Counted from the first letter of the stretch, positions 52,807-61,160 are shown. The stretch is DNA of 64,000 nucleotides from Gemmatimonadaceae bacterium (GCA_046263215.1 JBHELH010000318.1:778-64777); one strand, 5' to 3'. Notes: generated by a model from the sequence alone, not told the origin. Numbers and translations: made by a program.

Positions 52807-53865
52807 ATGAGTCCGGGCAAGGCAGTCAAGACGGTTGCGGCGCTGGCGCTCGTCGCCGGCGTCGGCGTTGGCGCATCGATCGCCGCTCGGCGAGCGGGGC
52901 CGCTGCCGGGAGCGGGCGCGCCGCAGTTGATCGGGTTGCCGATCGCGGCACAGCAGGCGGCTCGCGATGACGGCGAGGCAACCGTCATTCGCGTCGCGCG
53001 TCAGGCTACGCCGGCTGTCGTTGCCGTCAGCGTGCGCGGTGGCTCGGGCTCCGGCGTGATCGTGCGCCGCGACGGCGTTGTCATCACGAACGCCCACGTG
53101 GTCGGCAACGCGGCCGACGTGGAGATTGGGCTCGCCGATGGGCGGCGCGTCGCGGGACGCGTCCTCGGCCGCGACCCGAGCGTCGACATCGTCGTCGTTC
53201 GAATCCCGGCGGCCGACCTACCGGTCGCGCCGCTCGCCGACTCCGATCAGCTGCAGGTAGGACAGACAGCCATCGCCATCGGCAATCCGATCGGTCTCGA
53301 GCGAACGGTGACGACGGGCGTCGTCTCGGCAGTGAACCGCAGCCCCCGAGGGTTCGAGCTCGGGGGCCTGATCCAAACCGACGCCGCGATCAACCCCGGG
53401 AACTCCGGCGGCCCGCTCCTCGACTCGCAAGGGCGCGTCATGGGGATCAACACCGTCATCGTCCGGGGCACGACCGGGCTCGGCTTCGCGATCCCGATCA
53501 ACCTCGCGCGGGACATCGCGGAGCAGGTGCTGACGACGGGACGCATCCGCCGGACCTACCTGGGCATCGTGCCTGACGATCTGATCCCCGAGCTCGCGCA
53601 GCAGTACAACCTGCCGGTACGCGAGGGGATCATCGTCCGGCACGTCGAGCCGGGGTCACCCGCCGCGCGCGCAGGGCTTCAGCTCGCGGACATCATCACG
53701 CGCATCGAGGGGCAGCCGGTGGCGACGAGCGGTGACCTGCGCCGGATCCTCCGCAGCCGCAGGCCAGGCGACACCGTTCGGCTCACGGTCGTGCGGGTCG
53801 CGGGCCGGGATCGAGCAACGACACTGACGTTGACGGCCCGACTCGGGGAAGCGACGGAAGGGTGA
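52807..53865 (+). CDS. HtrA/DegP-family S1C serine protease with one PDZ domain
   Basis: 352-aa ORF with catalytic triad contexts TNAHVV, DIVVVRI and GNSGGPLL. The C-terminal PDZ contains YLGIV...GIIVRHVEPGSPAARAGL. Confidence 0.93.
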   Translation: MSPGKAVKTVAALALVAGVGVGASIAARRAGPLPGAGAPQLIGLPIAAQQAARDDGEATVIRVARQATPAVVAVSVRGGSGSGVIVRRDGVVITNAHVVGNAADVEIGLADGRRVAGRVLGRDPSVDIVVVRIPAADLPVAPLADSDQLQVGQTAIAIGNPIGLERTVTTGVVSAVNRSPRGFELGGLIQTDAAINPGNSGGPLLDSQGRVMGINTVIVRGTTGLGFAIPINLARDIAEQVLTTGRIRRTYLGIVPDDLIPELAQQYNLPVREGIIVRHVEPGSPAARAGLQLADIITRIEGQPVATSGDLRRILRSRRPGDTVRLTVVRVAGRDRATTLTLTARLGEATEG

Positions 53866-53881
53866 GGAGACGCGGCTGATC

Positions 53882-54220
53882 ATGAACTCTCTCATCTGCG
53901 AAGCGATCCGGAAGATGCGCCTGCTGATGTTCGGCTACGGCGACTTCGTGCGCGTTGTCGAGCCGCACATGTTCGGGGTGAACAGTGCAGGGCACGAGAT
54001 GCTGAGCGCTTGGCTGCGGCCGGGGCACAGCCGGAGCGATCCGGACGGTGGGTGGCGGAACTACCTCACGTCGGACATCACGAACTTGCAGATGCTCGAC
54101 GAAACATTTGCCCGGCCGCGCGAGGGGTTCAACGCGGCCGATCCGCGGATGCGCGAGATTTACTGCCAGCTCGGAGCGACCGGCGCGGCAGTCGCGGCTC
54201 GCCCTGACGAGAGCCGGTGA
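53882..54220 (+). CDS. Small stand-alone WYL-like (Sm/SH3-type barrel) protein
   Basis: 112-aa ORF. The pattern LLMFGYGDFVRVVEPHMFGVNSAGHEMLSAWL...GGWRNYLTSDITNLQMLDETF matches the WYL-domain logic (R-V-EP, aromatic-x-L strand, F/L-x-x-I-x-x-L-x-x-L-x-x-F). Confidence 0.65.
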   Translation: MNSLICEAIRKMRLLMFGYGDFVRVVEPHMFGVNSAGHEMLSAWLRPGHSRSDPDGGWRNYLTSDITNLQMLDETFARPREGFNAADPRMREIYCQLGATGAAVAARPDESR

Positions 54221-54267
54221 GCGGCGTCGGTCGCCTAAGCGCGTGTGGCGGAGAACAGCAGTCGGAG

Positions 54268-54373
54268 ACGACTGCGGACTGCGGAGTGCGGACTAGAACC
54301 CCCGGGATGCCCCTGTCACCGGCTCGGAGCGTCCCAGGGATTTGTGTCCGCAGTTCGCAGTCCGCAATCGGAC
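54268..54373. repeat. GACTGCG-armed hairpin with conserved core, copy 1
   Basis: GACGACTGCGGACTGCGGAGTGCGGACTAGAACCCCCGGGATGCCCCT...GAGCGTCCCAGGG...GTCCGCAGTTCGCAGTCCGCAATCGGAC. The core and arms are homologous to 61031-61160. Confidence 0.85.
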
Positions 54374-54384
54374 GCGGTCGTCCC

Positions 54385-55275
54385 TCACCCCCTCACGAGA
54401 ATCAAGTATCGCGACCCGGCCCAGAACTGATCGGGCGCAGTGACGCGCAGCGTGCCGGCCACCTTGCCCCCGTCCACCGTATCGGGCCTCACCAACTCGA
54501 TGCTGTGGCGGGACACAATCCGGTATCGGCCCGGCGGGAGCGGGATCGTGCGCGTCTTCGACATGTCGATCGCATTGAACGCGCCAGGCGGCAGGCGGCG
54601 CGCCGGCTGGATCGAACGCGGACCGGCGACGAGGTAGCGACGGCCGCCCTCGCGCTCGATCACGCCGCGCTCGAGGAGCTCCTTCTCAGTCGCGGCGACG
54701 TAGTAGACGGTGTTCGCCGAATCGCTGAGGCGGGCGAGGCGCGCGGCGAGGCGTGCGGTGTCCGCGGCGAGCGTCGCGACCGTGCCCTCCAGCGCGGCGA
54801 TCCGGGCGTTGAGCGCACGCTGCTCCTCCACCGCTGTCGTGCGCAGCGAATCGAGTCGCGCCGTCAGCGACGCCGCGCGCCCGTTGAGCGCTGACTCGCG
54901 GCCCGCCAGCCGCGTCACCCGCTGCCGCGCGCGCTCCAAGCGCGCTTCGCTCGAGTCGAGCTGCGCGAGGATGTCGCGCACGCGCCGGGCGAGCGCCTCA
55001 CGCTCGCGCTTCGCCTCGGCGATCTTGGACTCACCCGCCGCGCCCGTGCTCAGCTCCACGCGCAGCCGGCCCGCGCGCGCGAGCTCGTTGTTGAGCTCAC
55101 CCACGAACTCCATAACGGCCATCGATTCGGCGAGGAGCGTCGCCTGCGCGACGTCGACGCTGTCGCGCGGCGCCGGCGCGTTGCGCGTGCCGCGGCCCGC
55201 CACCACCGACTCCGCGGCGCCGTCGCTGCACGCCGCCGCGCCGGCGATGGCGGCAACCACCCAGACCCGTTTCAT
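54385..55275 (-). CDS. Coiled-coil lipoprotein, unknown function
   Basis: ATG 55275 gives a MKRVWVVAAIAGAAAC lipobox. A long Ala/Arg/Leu/Glu heptad-like central region is followed by a beta-rich C-terminal ~100 aa. Confidence 0.75.
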   Translation of the reverse strand: MKRVWVVAAIAGAAACSDGAAESVVAGRGTRNAPAPRDSVDVAQATLLAESMAVMEFVGELNNELARAGRLRVELSTGAAGESKIAEAKREREALARRVRDILAQLDSSEARLERARQRVTRLAGRESALNGRAASLTARLDSLRTTAVEEQRALNARIAALEGTVATLAADTARLAARLARLSDSANTVYYVAATEKELLERGVIEREGGRRYLVAGPRSIQPARRLPPGAFNAIDMSKTRTIPLPPGRYRIVSRHSIELVRPDTVDGGKVAGTLRVTAPDQFWAGSRYLILVRG

Positions 55276-55556
55276 TGGAACCTCTCCCATGCTCTACGGG
55301 TCCCGTAGCAGTACTTGCTCGGGATCCGTCCAGTTTCCCCCGTTGCGGCGCGGCTGCGCCGCCGCTCACCCGCTTCGCGGGTACCCGCCGACGCGCAGAA
55401 TAGTGCGCGCGTGCGCGGCGGAGCGACGTGACGAGGATCACGCGTGCGGCTGCGGGCTGCGCGCCGCGGGCCGTGGCCCTGGCGCCGAGGCAGCGGCGTG
55501 ACAGGTTTCATTGACGCAGGATCCCCACAGCCGTCGCTCAGATCGAGGTCGGAGAC

Positions 55557-58500
55557 ATGACACGCCCGCACCTTGGCCCACGAACGATCGCCGCCGTCTC
55601 ACGCCGCGTCATCGGCGTGACCCAAGTCACCACGCTCGCGATGGCCGCCACGGCCGTGGGCGCGCTTCCGCTCTTCGCGCAGGCTCGGCCGGTGCCCGCG
55701 GGCGAGCGGCGGCCACCGGAGCGCGTCAGGCCTGTCGGCTCGCTCGTCACCCGCTCCGACCTGGCCGGTCTCACGCCGGACACCGTCTCTGTCTTCGACC
55801 CCGCGGCGTTCAAGGCGCTGCGCTACCGAATGGTTGGCCCGGCCCGCGGCGGGCGAGTGACCGCGGTGACGGGCGTGCCGCAGCAGCCGCACACGTTCTA
55901 CATGGGCGCGACCGGTGGCGGCGTCTGGAAGACGACCGACGGCGGGATCACGTGGGTCAACGTCTCCGACCCGTACTTCGAGGTGGGATCGATCGGCTCG
56001 ATCGACGTCGCGGACAGCGACCCGAACATCGTCTACGTCGGCACGGGATCAGAAGGACTCCGGAGCAACGTCTCGATCGGCAAGGGCGTGTACAAGTCGA
56101 CCGACGCGGGACGCACGTGGACGCACGTCGGGCTGCGCGAGACGGGGCAGATCGGCGCTGTCGTGATCCACCCGACGAATCCGGAGATCGCGTACGTCGC
56201 CGCCCTCGGCGACCCGTTCCGTCCGACCAACGAGCGCGGCGTGTACCGCACGCGGGACGGCGGGCGCACCTGGCAGCGCGTGCTCTACGTCAGCGACTCG
56301 ACGGGAGCCGTCGACATCGAACTTCAACCTGGGAACCCCAGCGTCGTCTACGCGACGATGTGGCGCGCGGAGCGGAAGCCGTGGACGATCATCAGTGGCG
56401 CGCGCGAGGGTGGCATTTACAAGAGCACCGACGGCGGAGACGACTGGCGGAAGCTGACGAACGGGCTTCCCAATCAGCTCGTCGGAAAGAGCGACCTCGC
56501 CGTCTCACCGGCGATGCCGAACCGGCTCTACGTGCTGATCGAGGCGAAGCCGGGCGGCGGGTTGTACCGCTCGGATGACGCGGGCGAGAGCTTCTCGGCG
56601 GTCAACACGACGACGCCGGGCTTGATCACACGCCCGTTCTACTACACGAATGTCGACGCGGACCCGCTGGACGCCGACGTCGTCTACGTCGGCACCGAGG
56701 CGTTCTACAAGTCGACCGACGGCGGCCGCACCTTCCGCACGATGCGCACCCCGCACGGCGACAACCACGACCTCTGGATCAACCCGAACAACTCGAATGT
56801 CATGATCCAGTCGAACGACGGCGGCGCGAACGTGTCACTGGACGCCGGCCGCACCTGGTCGACGCAGTACAACCAGCCGACCGCCGAGCTATACCAGGTC
56901 TACGTCGACAACCAGTACCCGTATCGCCTGTACGGGGCGCAGCAGGACAACTCGACGCTCATCCTGCCGAGCCGCCCGCTGACGGCGAGTCCGCCCGATG
57001 ACCCAATGCAGCAATGGCGCCAGGGCCCGGGCTGTGAGACCGGTCCCATCATCCCTCACGCCACCAATCCGGACACCGTCTATGGCTCCTGTAAAGGACA
57101 GTACAGCCGGATGTCGCTGCGCACCGGCCAGGAGAAGCAGTACTGGGTCGGCGCGCAGTCGCTGTACGGGAACCCGGGGAAGGACCTCATCTACCGGTTC
57201 CAGCGCGTCTCGCCGATGGAGATCTCGCCGCACGACGCGACGACGCTCTACTACGGCTCGCAGCACGTGCATCGCACGCGCGACGAAGGGGTCACGTGGG
57301 AGCGCATCAGTCCCGATCTCACCGCGAACGAGCCGCAGTACCAGCAGCGCGTCTCCGGCGAGCCGATCACCATCGACGTCACGGGCGAGGAGTTCTACAG
57401 CACGCTCTACGCGATCCGCGAGTCGCCGCTCGAGCGGGGCGTGATCTGGACGGGCGCGAACGACGGCCCGTTCCACCTCTCGCGCGATAACGGCCGGACG
57501 TGGACGAACGTCACGCCTCGCGGATTGCCGCCCGGGGGACGCGTGCAGAACATCGAGCCGTCACCCAACCGCCGCGGCTCGGCGTACTACGCGGTGCACC
57601 GCTACCTTCTCGGCGACTGGCGGCCGTACATCTATCGTACGAACGACTACGGCCGGACGTGGACGCTCCTCACGCCGGGCACCAACGGCATCCCGGCCGA
57701 TCACCCGACGCGCGTCGTGCGCGAGGACCCCGACCGGCCCGGGCTCCTCTACGCCGGCACAGAGTTCGGCGTGTTCGTCTCGTTCGACGACGGCCAGCGG
57801 TGGCACTCACTCCAGCTCAACCTGCCGCGCACGCCGGTCACCGACATGAAGGTGCACCGCAAGGACCTCGTGCTCTCTACGCAGGGCCGGTCGTTCTGGA
57901 TCCTCGACGACTTGACGCCGCTGCACCAGGTTGGCGACCGGGTGCTGGCGGCACGGGCCCACCTGTTCCGTCCCCGCACTGCGTACCGCATGCGTTATTC
58001 GACGCGGTTCGGCGGCGCGGAGTCGGAGCGGCCGGCAGCGCCTGACGAGCCGCAGTATCCGCCGCCCGGCGCGGTGATCGACTACTGGCTCCGCGGTGAC
58101 GCCCAGGGACCGGTCGCGCTCGAGATTCTCGACCCGACCGGGAAGGTGATTCGTAGCTTCTCGAGCGAGGCGCCCGCCCCGGCCACGTCGCGCGCCGCGC
58201 AGGACTCCGCGGCGACGCGGCAGGAGGAAGAGCCCGGGATGCGCGCACCAACACCGGAGCGTCTTGGCGCGGCGAAGCTGCCCGTCGGCCCGGGACTCAA
58301 TCGATTCACCTGGGACTTCGCCTACGCGGGTCCGTGGGACGCGAATGCGCAGCGTAGTGGGCGCAACGGCCCGCTCGCGGCGCCGGGTGCGTACACCGTG
58401 CGCGTGACGAGCGGCGACTGGACTGCGACTCAGCCCCTCGAGGTCCGAATGGACCCGCGCCTCGCGCGCGACGGCGTGACGCTCGCCCAGCTGCGCGAGC

Positions 58501-58841
58501 AGCTCGAGCACAATCTCCGCGTTCGCGACCTGGTGAGCGAGGTGAACCTCGCCGTCGCGCGGCTACAACGAGCGAAACGCCGTCTGCAAGCGACGACGGG
58601 GAACGCCGCCGCGGCCGACACGCTCCAACGCTTGACGGCACTCGAGGCGAAGCTCGTCACGCCGCCCATCCGCTACAGTCAGCCCGCCCTCCAGGCGCAC
58701 ATCGCGTATCTGTACGGTCTCACCACTCGCGCGGACCAGGAGATAGGGCAAGACGCGGTGGAGCGGCTCCGTGTGTTGAAGCGGGAGTTGGATGCGCGGT
58801 TGGCGGAGTTGAGGGGGATTCTAGGGGCGGGCGGGAGATAG
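55557..58841 (+). CDS. Very large Asp-box/BNR-repeat (sortilin/VPS10-like double beta-propeller) exported protein
   Basis: 1094-aa ORF with at least 9 Asp-boxes (YKSTDAGRTW, YRTRDGGRTW, YKSTDGGDDW, YKSTDGGRTF, SLDAGRTW, TRDEGVTW, SRDNGRTW, TNDYGRTW, SFDDGQRW). Confidence 0.93.
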   Translation: MTRPHLGPRTIAAVSRRVIGVTQVTTLAMAATAVGALPLFAQARPVPAGERRPPERVRPVGSLVTRSDLAGLTPDTVSVFDPAAFKALRYRMVGPARGGRVTAVTGVPQQPHTFYMGATGGGVWKTTDGGITWVNVSDPYFEVGSIGSIDVADSDPNIVYVGTGSEGLRSNVSIGKGVYKSTDAGRTWTHVGLRETGQIGAVVIHPTNPEIAYVAALGDPFRPTNERGVYRTRDGGRTWQRVLYVSDSTGAVDIELQPGNPSVVYATMWRAERKPWTIISGAREGGIYKSTDGGDDWRKLTNGLPNQLVGKSDLAVSPAMPNRLYVLIEAKPGGGLYRSDDAGESFSAVNTTTPGLITRPFYYTNVDADPLDADVVYVGTEAFYKSTDGGRTFRTMRTPHGDNHDLWINPNNSNVMIQSNDGGANVSLDAGRTWSTQYNQPTAELYQVYVDNQYPYRLYGAQQDNSTLILPSRPLTASPPDDPMQQWRQGPGCETGPIIPHATNPDTVYGSCKGQYSRMSLRTGQEKQYWVGAQSLYGNPGKDLIYRFQRVSPMEISPHDATTLYYGSQHVHRTRDEGVTWERISPDLTANEPQYQQRVSGEPITIDVTGEEFYSTLYAIRESPLERGVIWTGANDGPFHLSRDNGRTWTNVTPRGLPPGGRVQNIEPSPNRRGSAYYAVHRYLLGDWRPYIYRTNDYGRTWTLLTPGTNGIPADHPTRVVREDPDRPGLLYAGTEFGVFVSFDDGQRWHSLQLNLPRTPVTDMKVHRKDLVLSTQGRSFWILDDLTPLHQVGDRVLAARAHLFRPRTAYRMRYSTRFGGAESERPAAPDEPQYPPPGAVIDYWLRGDAQGPVALEILDPTGKVIRSFSSEAPAPATSRAAQDSAATRQEEEPGMRAPTPERLGAAKLPVGPGLNRFTWDFAYAGPWDANAQRSGRNGPLAAPGAYTVRVTSGDWTATQPLEVRMDPRLARDGVTLAQLREQLEHNLRVRDLVSEVNLAVARLQRAKRRLQATTGNAAAADTLQRLTALEAKLVTPPIRYSQPALQAHIAYLYGLTTRADQEIGQDAVERLRVLKRELDARLAELRGILGAGGR

Positions 58842-58845
58842 CGGG

Positions 58846-58980
58846 GCTTGAGAGTTTGTCGGCTTGTGGGCTTGTGGGCTTTTGAGCGGGCGTTGTTAGG
58901 AAGCTCCTCGGCATAAGAAAGGGTCCCCAGTCGGGGACCCTTTCCTCTCAAGCTCTCAAGCCCACAAGCTCACAAGCTTG
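58846..58980. repeat. GCTTGTGG/GCTTGAGA-armed hairpin enclosing a bidirectional terminator
   Basis: The left arm is five 8-nt units (GCTTGAGA GTTTGTCG GCTTGTGG GCTTGTGG GCTTTTGA). The inner hairpin is AAAGGGTCCCCAGTCGGGGACCCTTT (58918-58943). The right arm is CTCAAGCT CTCAAGCC CACAAGCT CACAAGCT. Confidence 0.85.
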
Positions 58981-58984
58981 TTCT

Positions 58985-59557
58985 CTACGGCACTCGACGC
59001 TTCTTCACGTCCACCGTATGTCCGATAATTCCGCCGAGCACACCGCCGGCGGCGGCGCCGATGACGGCGCCTTTGACCTTGTTCTTGCTGGTCGCGGCGC
59101 CAATGACCGCGCCCGCGGCCGCGCCGATCGCAGCGTCGCGCCTGGTGTTCCGCTCGACGACCACTCGCCCCTCGCTGCGCGTGCCGACGTCGACGTCACC
59201 GGCCGAGGCCGTGCTCGTGCGGCCGCTGCTCGTCGAGCGGCGGCGCGTGGATGTCGGCGTCGTGCGCGTACCGCGGCGCGCGGGGCTCGACGCCGTCCGA
59301 CGGCTCGAGGTCGCCGAGCTGGCCGTCCGTCGGGCCGGCGCGGGAGCGGCCACCGGTGCGGGCTCCTCCTGCGTGGCCGGCGCCGTCTCGAACGCCGACA
59401 CGCTATCGAGGCTCTGATAGGGGCGCGCCTGCGTAGCGAGGTTCAGGTCGCGCGACAAAGCCGTGTCGCTGGCAAGTGTGCTCGCATTCTGCCCTCGGTC
59501 ACAGGCCGCGAGACCCGCCATCGCGAGCCCGATCATGATCGCATTGAGTTTCCGCAT
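58985..59557 (-). CDS. Lipoprotein with Ser/Thr/Arg-rich linker and C-terminal glycine-zipper domain
   Basis: 190-aa ORF with lipobox IGLAMAGLAAC, a low-complexity RRTASS repeats region, and a C-terminal AAIGAAAGAVIGAATS...GAVIGAAAGGVLGGIIG glycine zipper. Confidence 0.75.
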   Translation of the reverse strand: MRKLNAIMIGLAMAGLAACDRGQNASTLASDTALSRDLNLATQARPYQSLDSVSAFETAPATQEEPAPVAAPAPARRTASSATSSRRTASSPARRGTRTTPTSTRRRSTSSGRTSTASAGDVDVGTRSEGRVVVERNTRRDAAIGAAAGAVIGAATSKNKVKGAVIGAAAGGVLGGIIGHTVDVKKRRVP

Positions 59558-59989
59558 CGCTCCCTCCCGTTGCTTCGCTCGTACCCCGCATTCCGCCGTT
59601 TGTTTGCGAGCACTGCCGTTCGCTCGAGGAAGCTAGGAAGGGCAGGGGACATGCCAAACGGCCCTGCGCGACTCGTCTTCGGCCGGACTCGGCGGACGAT
59701 CGTAACTGTTCTGGCTGCAATGACTTCCAGAATGTAACAATCCTCGTCGAGTCCGTTACGAGGACCTCCAAGCGGGCCTGGATGTACTAGATTTCACCTC
59801 CGCCAAACGTATGCATATGGACCCTGTTGAGCTCGGTTCATATGCGTTCGTGCTTCGCGGCGAAGGGCCCGCTATCTGTGGGCCAAGTAACAGGTTCGGA
59901 AGGGATAGCGATCGGAAGGCCGAGCTCCATGTAGCGAACTCTAGTGTTCACAGTGCTCTCGACGAGCACCAGAGATTACGGATCGGGCG

Positions 59990-61036
59990 ATGATCAAGAG
60001 ACGTAACATTCTGGCATTGCTGCTGGCCGGCGGTCTGGTCAGTTGCGGGGAGACGCCCGGCATTCGGGACGTTTCGCCGAGCTCGGCCGTGGACATGCTG
60101 GCCGGCGTCGTCGAGAACGTCGCGAGCGCCGTGACGGGGAAGGGTCACCTCGGCTTCGACACCGGGATCTATCCGGGCGACGAGACGATGCGTGTGTGGC
60201 GCGCGACCGCACCGTACAAGTGGGTCGGCTATTACCTCCCGGCTCCCTGCCACAAGGACGACTCCTGGGCCGGCAAGCGTGCCCAGCTCACCGACATGGG
60301 CTGGGGGCTCGCGGTCATCTACGTCGGTCAGCAAACGTGGTCGGGCGTCCCCGCCAAGCACTCGACGGTCTACCGCACGACGTACAAGACCAAGACGGTC
60401 ACCAAGTACGTCAGCAAGCGCGTGAAGACCTACGTCAAGAAGAATGGCAAGCGCGTGCCGAAGTACGTGACGAAGCGTGTGCCGACCCGGGTCAAGCAGC
60501 GGGTTCCAGTCCGCACGCCGGTGCGCGTCGCGTTCGAGGAGTCGAAGCACGGACTCATGAGCTGCCAGCGGAACCTCGTCACGCAGTCGCGTGGCGCGCT
60601 CGAGGCGGCTGACGCGATCGCGAAGACCGCCGGCGAGGGCTTCCCGCGCGGCACGGTGATCTTCCTCGACATCGAGCGGATGGATGTGACGCCGAAGGCG
60701 ATGCGTGACTACTACAAGGAGTGGGTCGCGCGCGTGCTCGCGGACGGACGCTTCGTGCCGGGGATCTACGCGCACACGCACAACGCCTCGCTCATCTACC
60801 GGGACGTGAAGGCGGTCTACGCGGGTGCTGGTCGAACCGAGGAGCCGCCGTTCTGGATCGCCGGCGGGCGCAACTTCGCGCCGACGAAGGCGCCGAAGGA
60901 GATCGGGCACGCGTTCGCGGCCGTGTGGCAGGGCGTGCTCGACGTCGTCCAGGAGTGGAACGGCCACAAGGTCAAGATCGATGTCAACGTCGCTGAGACG
61001 CCGTCGCCGTCGCTGCACCGGGTCGAGGCGGACTAG
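59990..61036 (+). CDS. DUF1906 (Rv2525c-like glycoside-hydrolase-like) lipoprotein with Lys/Val/Thr-rich insertion
   Basis: 348-aa ORF with lipobox LLLAGGLVSC and DUF1906 opening GFDTGIYPGDETMRVWRATAPYKWVGYYL. It is a paralog of the next gene apart from a ~65-aa basic insert (aa ~122-186). Confidence 0.85.
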   Translation: MIKRRNILALLLAGGLVSCGETPGIRDVSPSSAVDMLAGVVENVASAVTGKGHLGFDTGIYPGDETMRVWRATAPYKWVGYYLPAPCHKDDSWAGKRAQLTDMGWGLAVIYVGQQTWSGVPAKHSTVYRTTYKTKTVTKYVSKRVKTYVKKNGKRVPKYVTKRVPTRVKQRVPVRTPVRVAFEESKHGLMSCQRNLVTQSRGALEAADAIAKTAGEGFPRGTVIFLDIERMDVTPKAMRDYYKEWVARVLADGRFVPGIYAHTHNASLIYRDVKAVYAGAGRTEEPPFWIAGGRNFAPTKAPKEIGHAFAAVWQGVLDVVQEWNGHKVKIDVNVAETPSPSLHRVEAD

Positions 61037-61160
61037 ACCAGACTAGACCGACTGCGGACTGCGGACTGCGGACTGCGGACTAGAACCCTCGGGATGCTCC
61101 TAAAGCGCTAGAAGCGTCCCGAGGCCGTGAGTCCGCAGTTCGCAATCCGCAGTCGTTTTT
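61031..61160 (+). terminator. GACTGCG-armed hairpin with conserved core, copy 2, ending in T5 (likely terminator between the paralogs)
   Basis: GACTAGACCAGACTAGACC(GACTGCG)x4 GACTAGAACCCTCGGGATGCTCCT...GAAGCGTCCCGAGG...GTCCGCAGTTCGCAATCCGCAGTCGTTTTT. Confidence 0.75.

Noticed and set aside
59811-59993. 60-aa ORF upstream of DUF1906 paralog 1
   Set aside because: Its third-position GC is only ~55% by hand count, against above 85% in neighbouring genes. It has no SD, and it overlaps the start of the next gene. I treat the region as non-coding regulatory DNA instead.
59948-61018. 356-aa minus-strand ORF
   Set aside because: It is antisense to the DUF1906 paralog 1 gene, which has a lipobox and a collinear paralog downstream. 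The minus-strand translation is Arg/Asp-rich with no motifs.
61040-61080. Tandem GACTGCG arrays (also 18029-18064, 54268-54293) as a CRISPR array
   Set aside because: The period is 7 nt with no spacers, the arrays are at most 5 units long, each is mirrored by a complementary array nearby (hairpin arms), and no cas genes are present.
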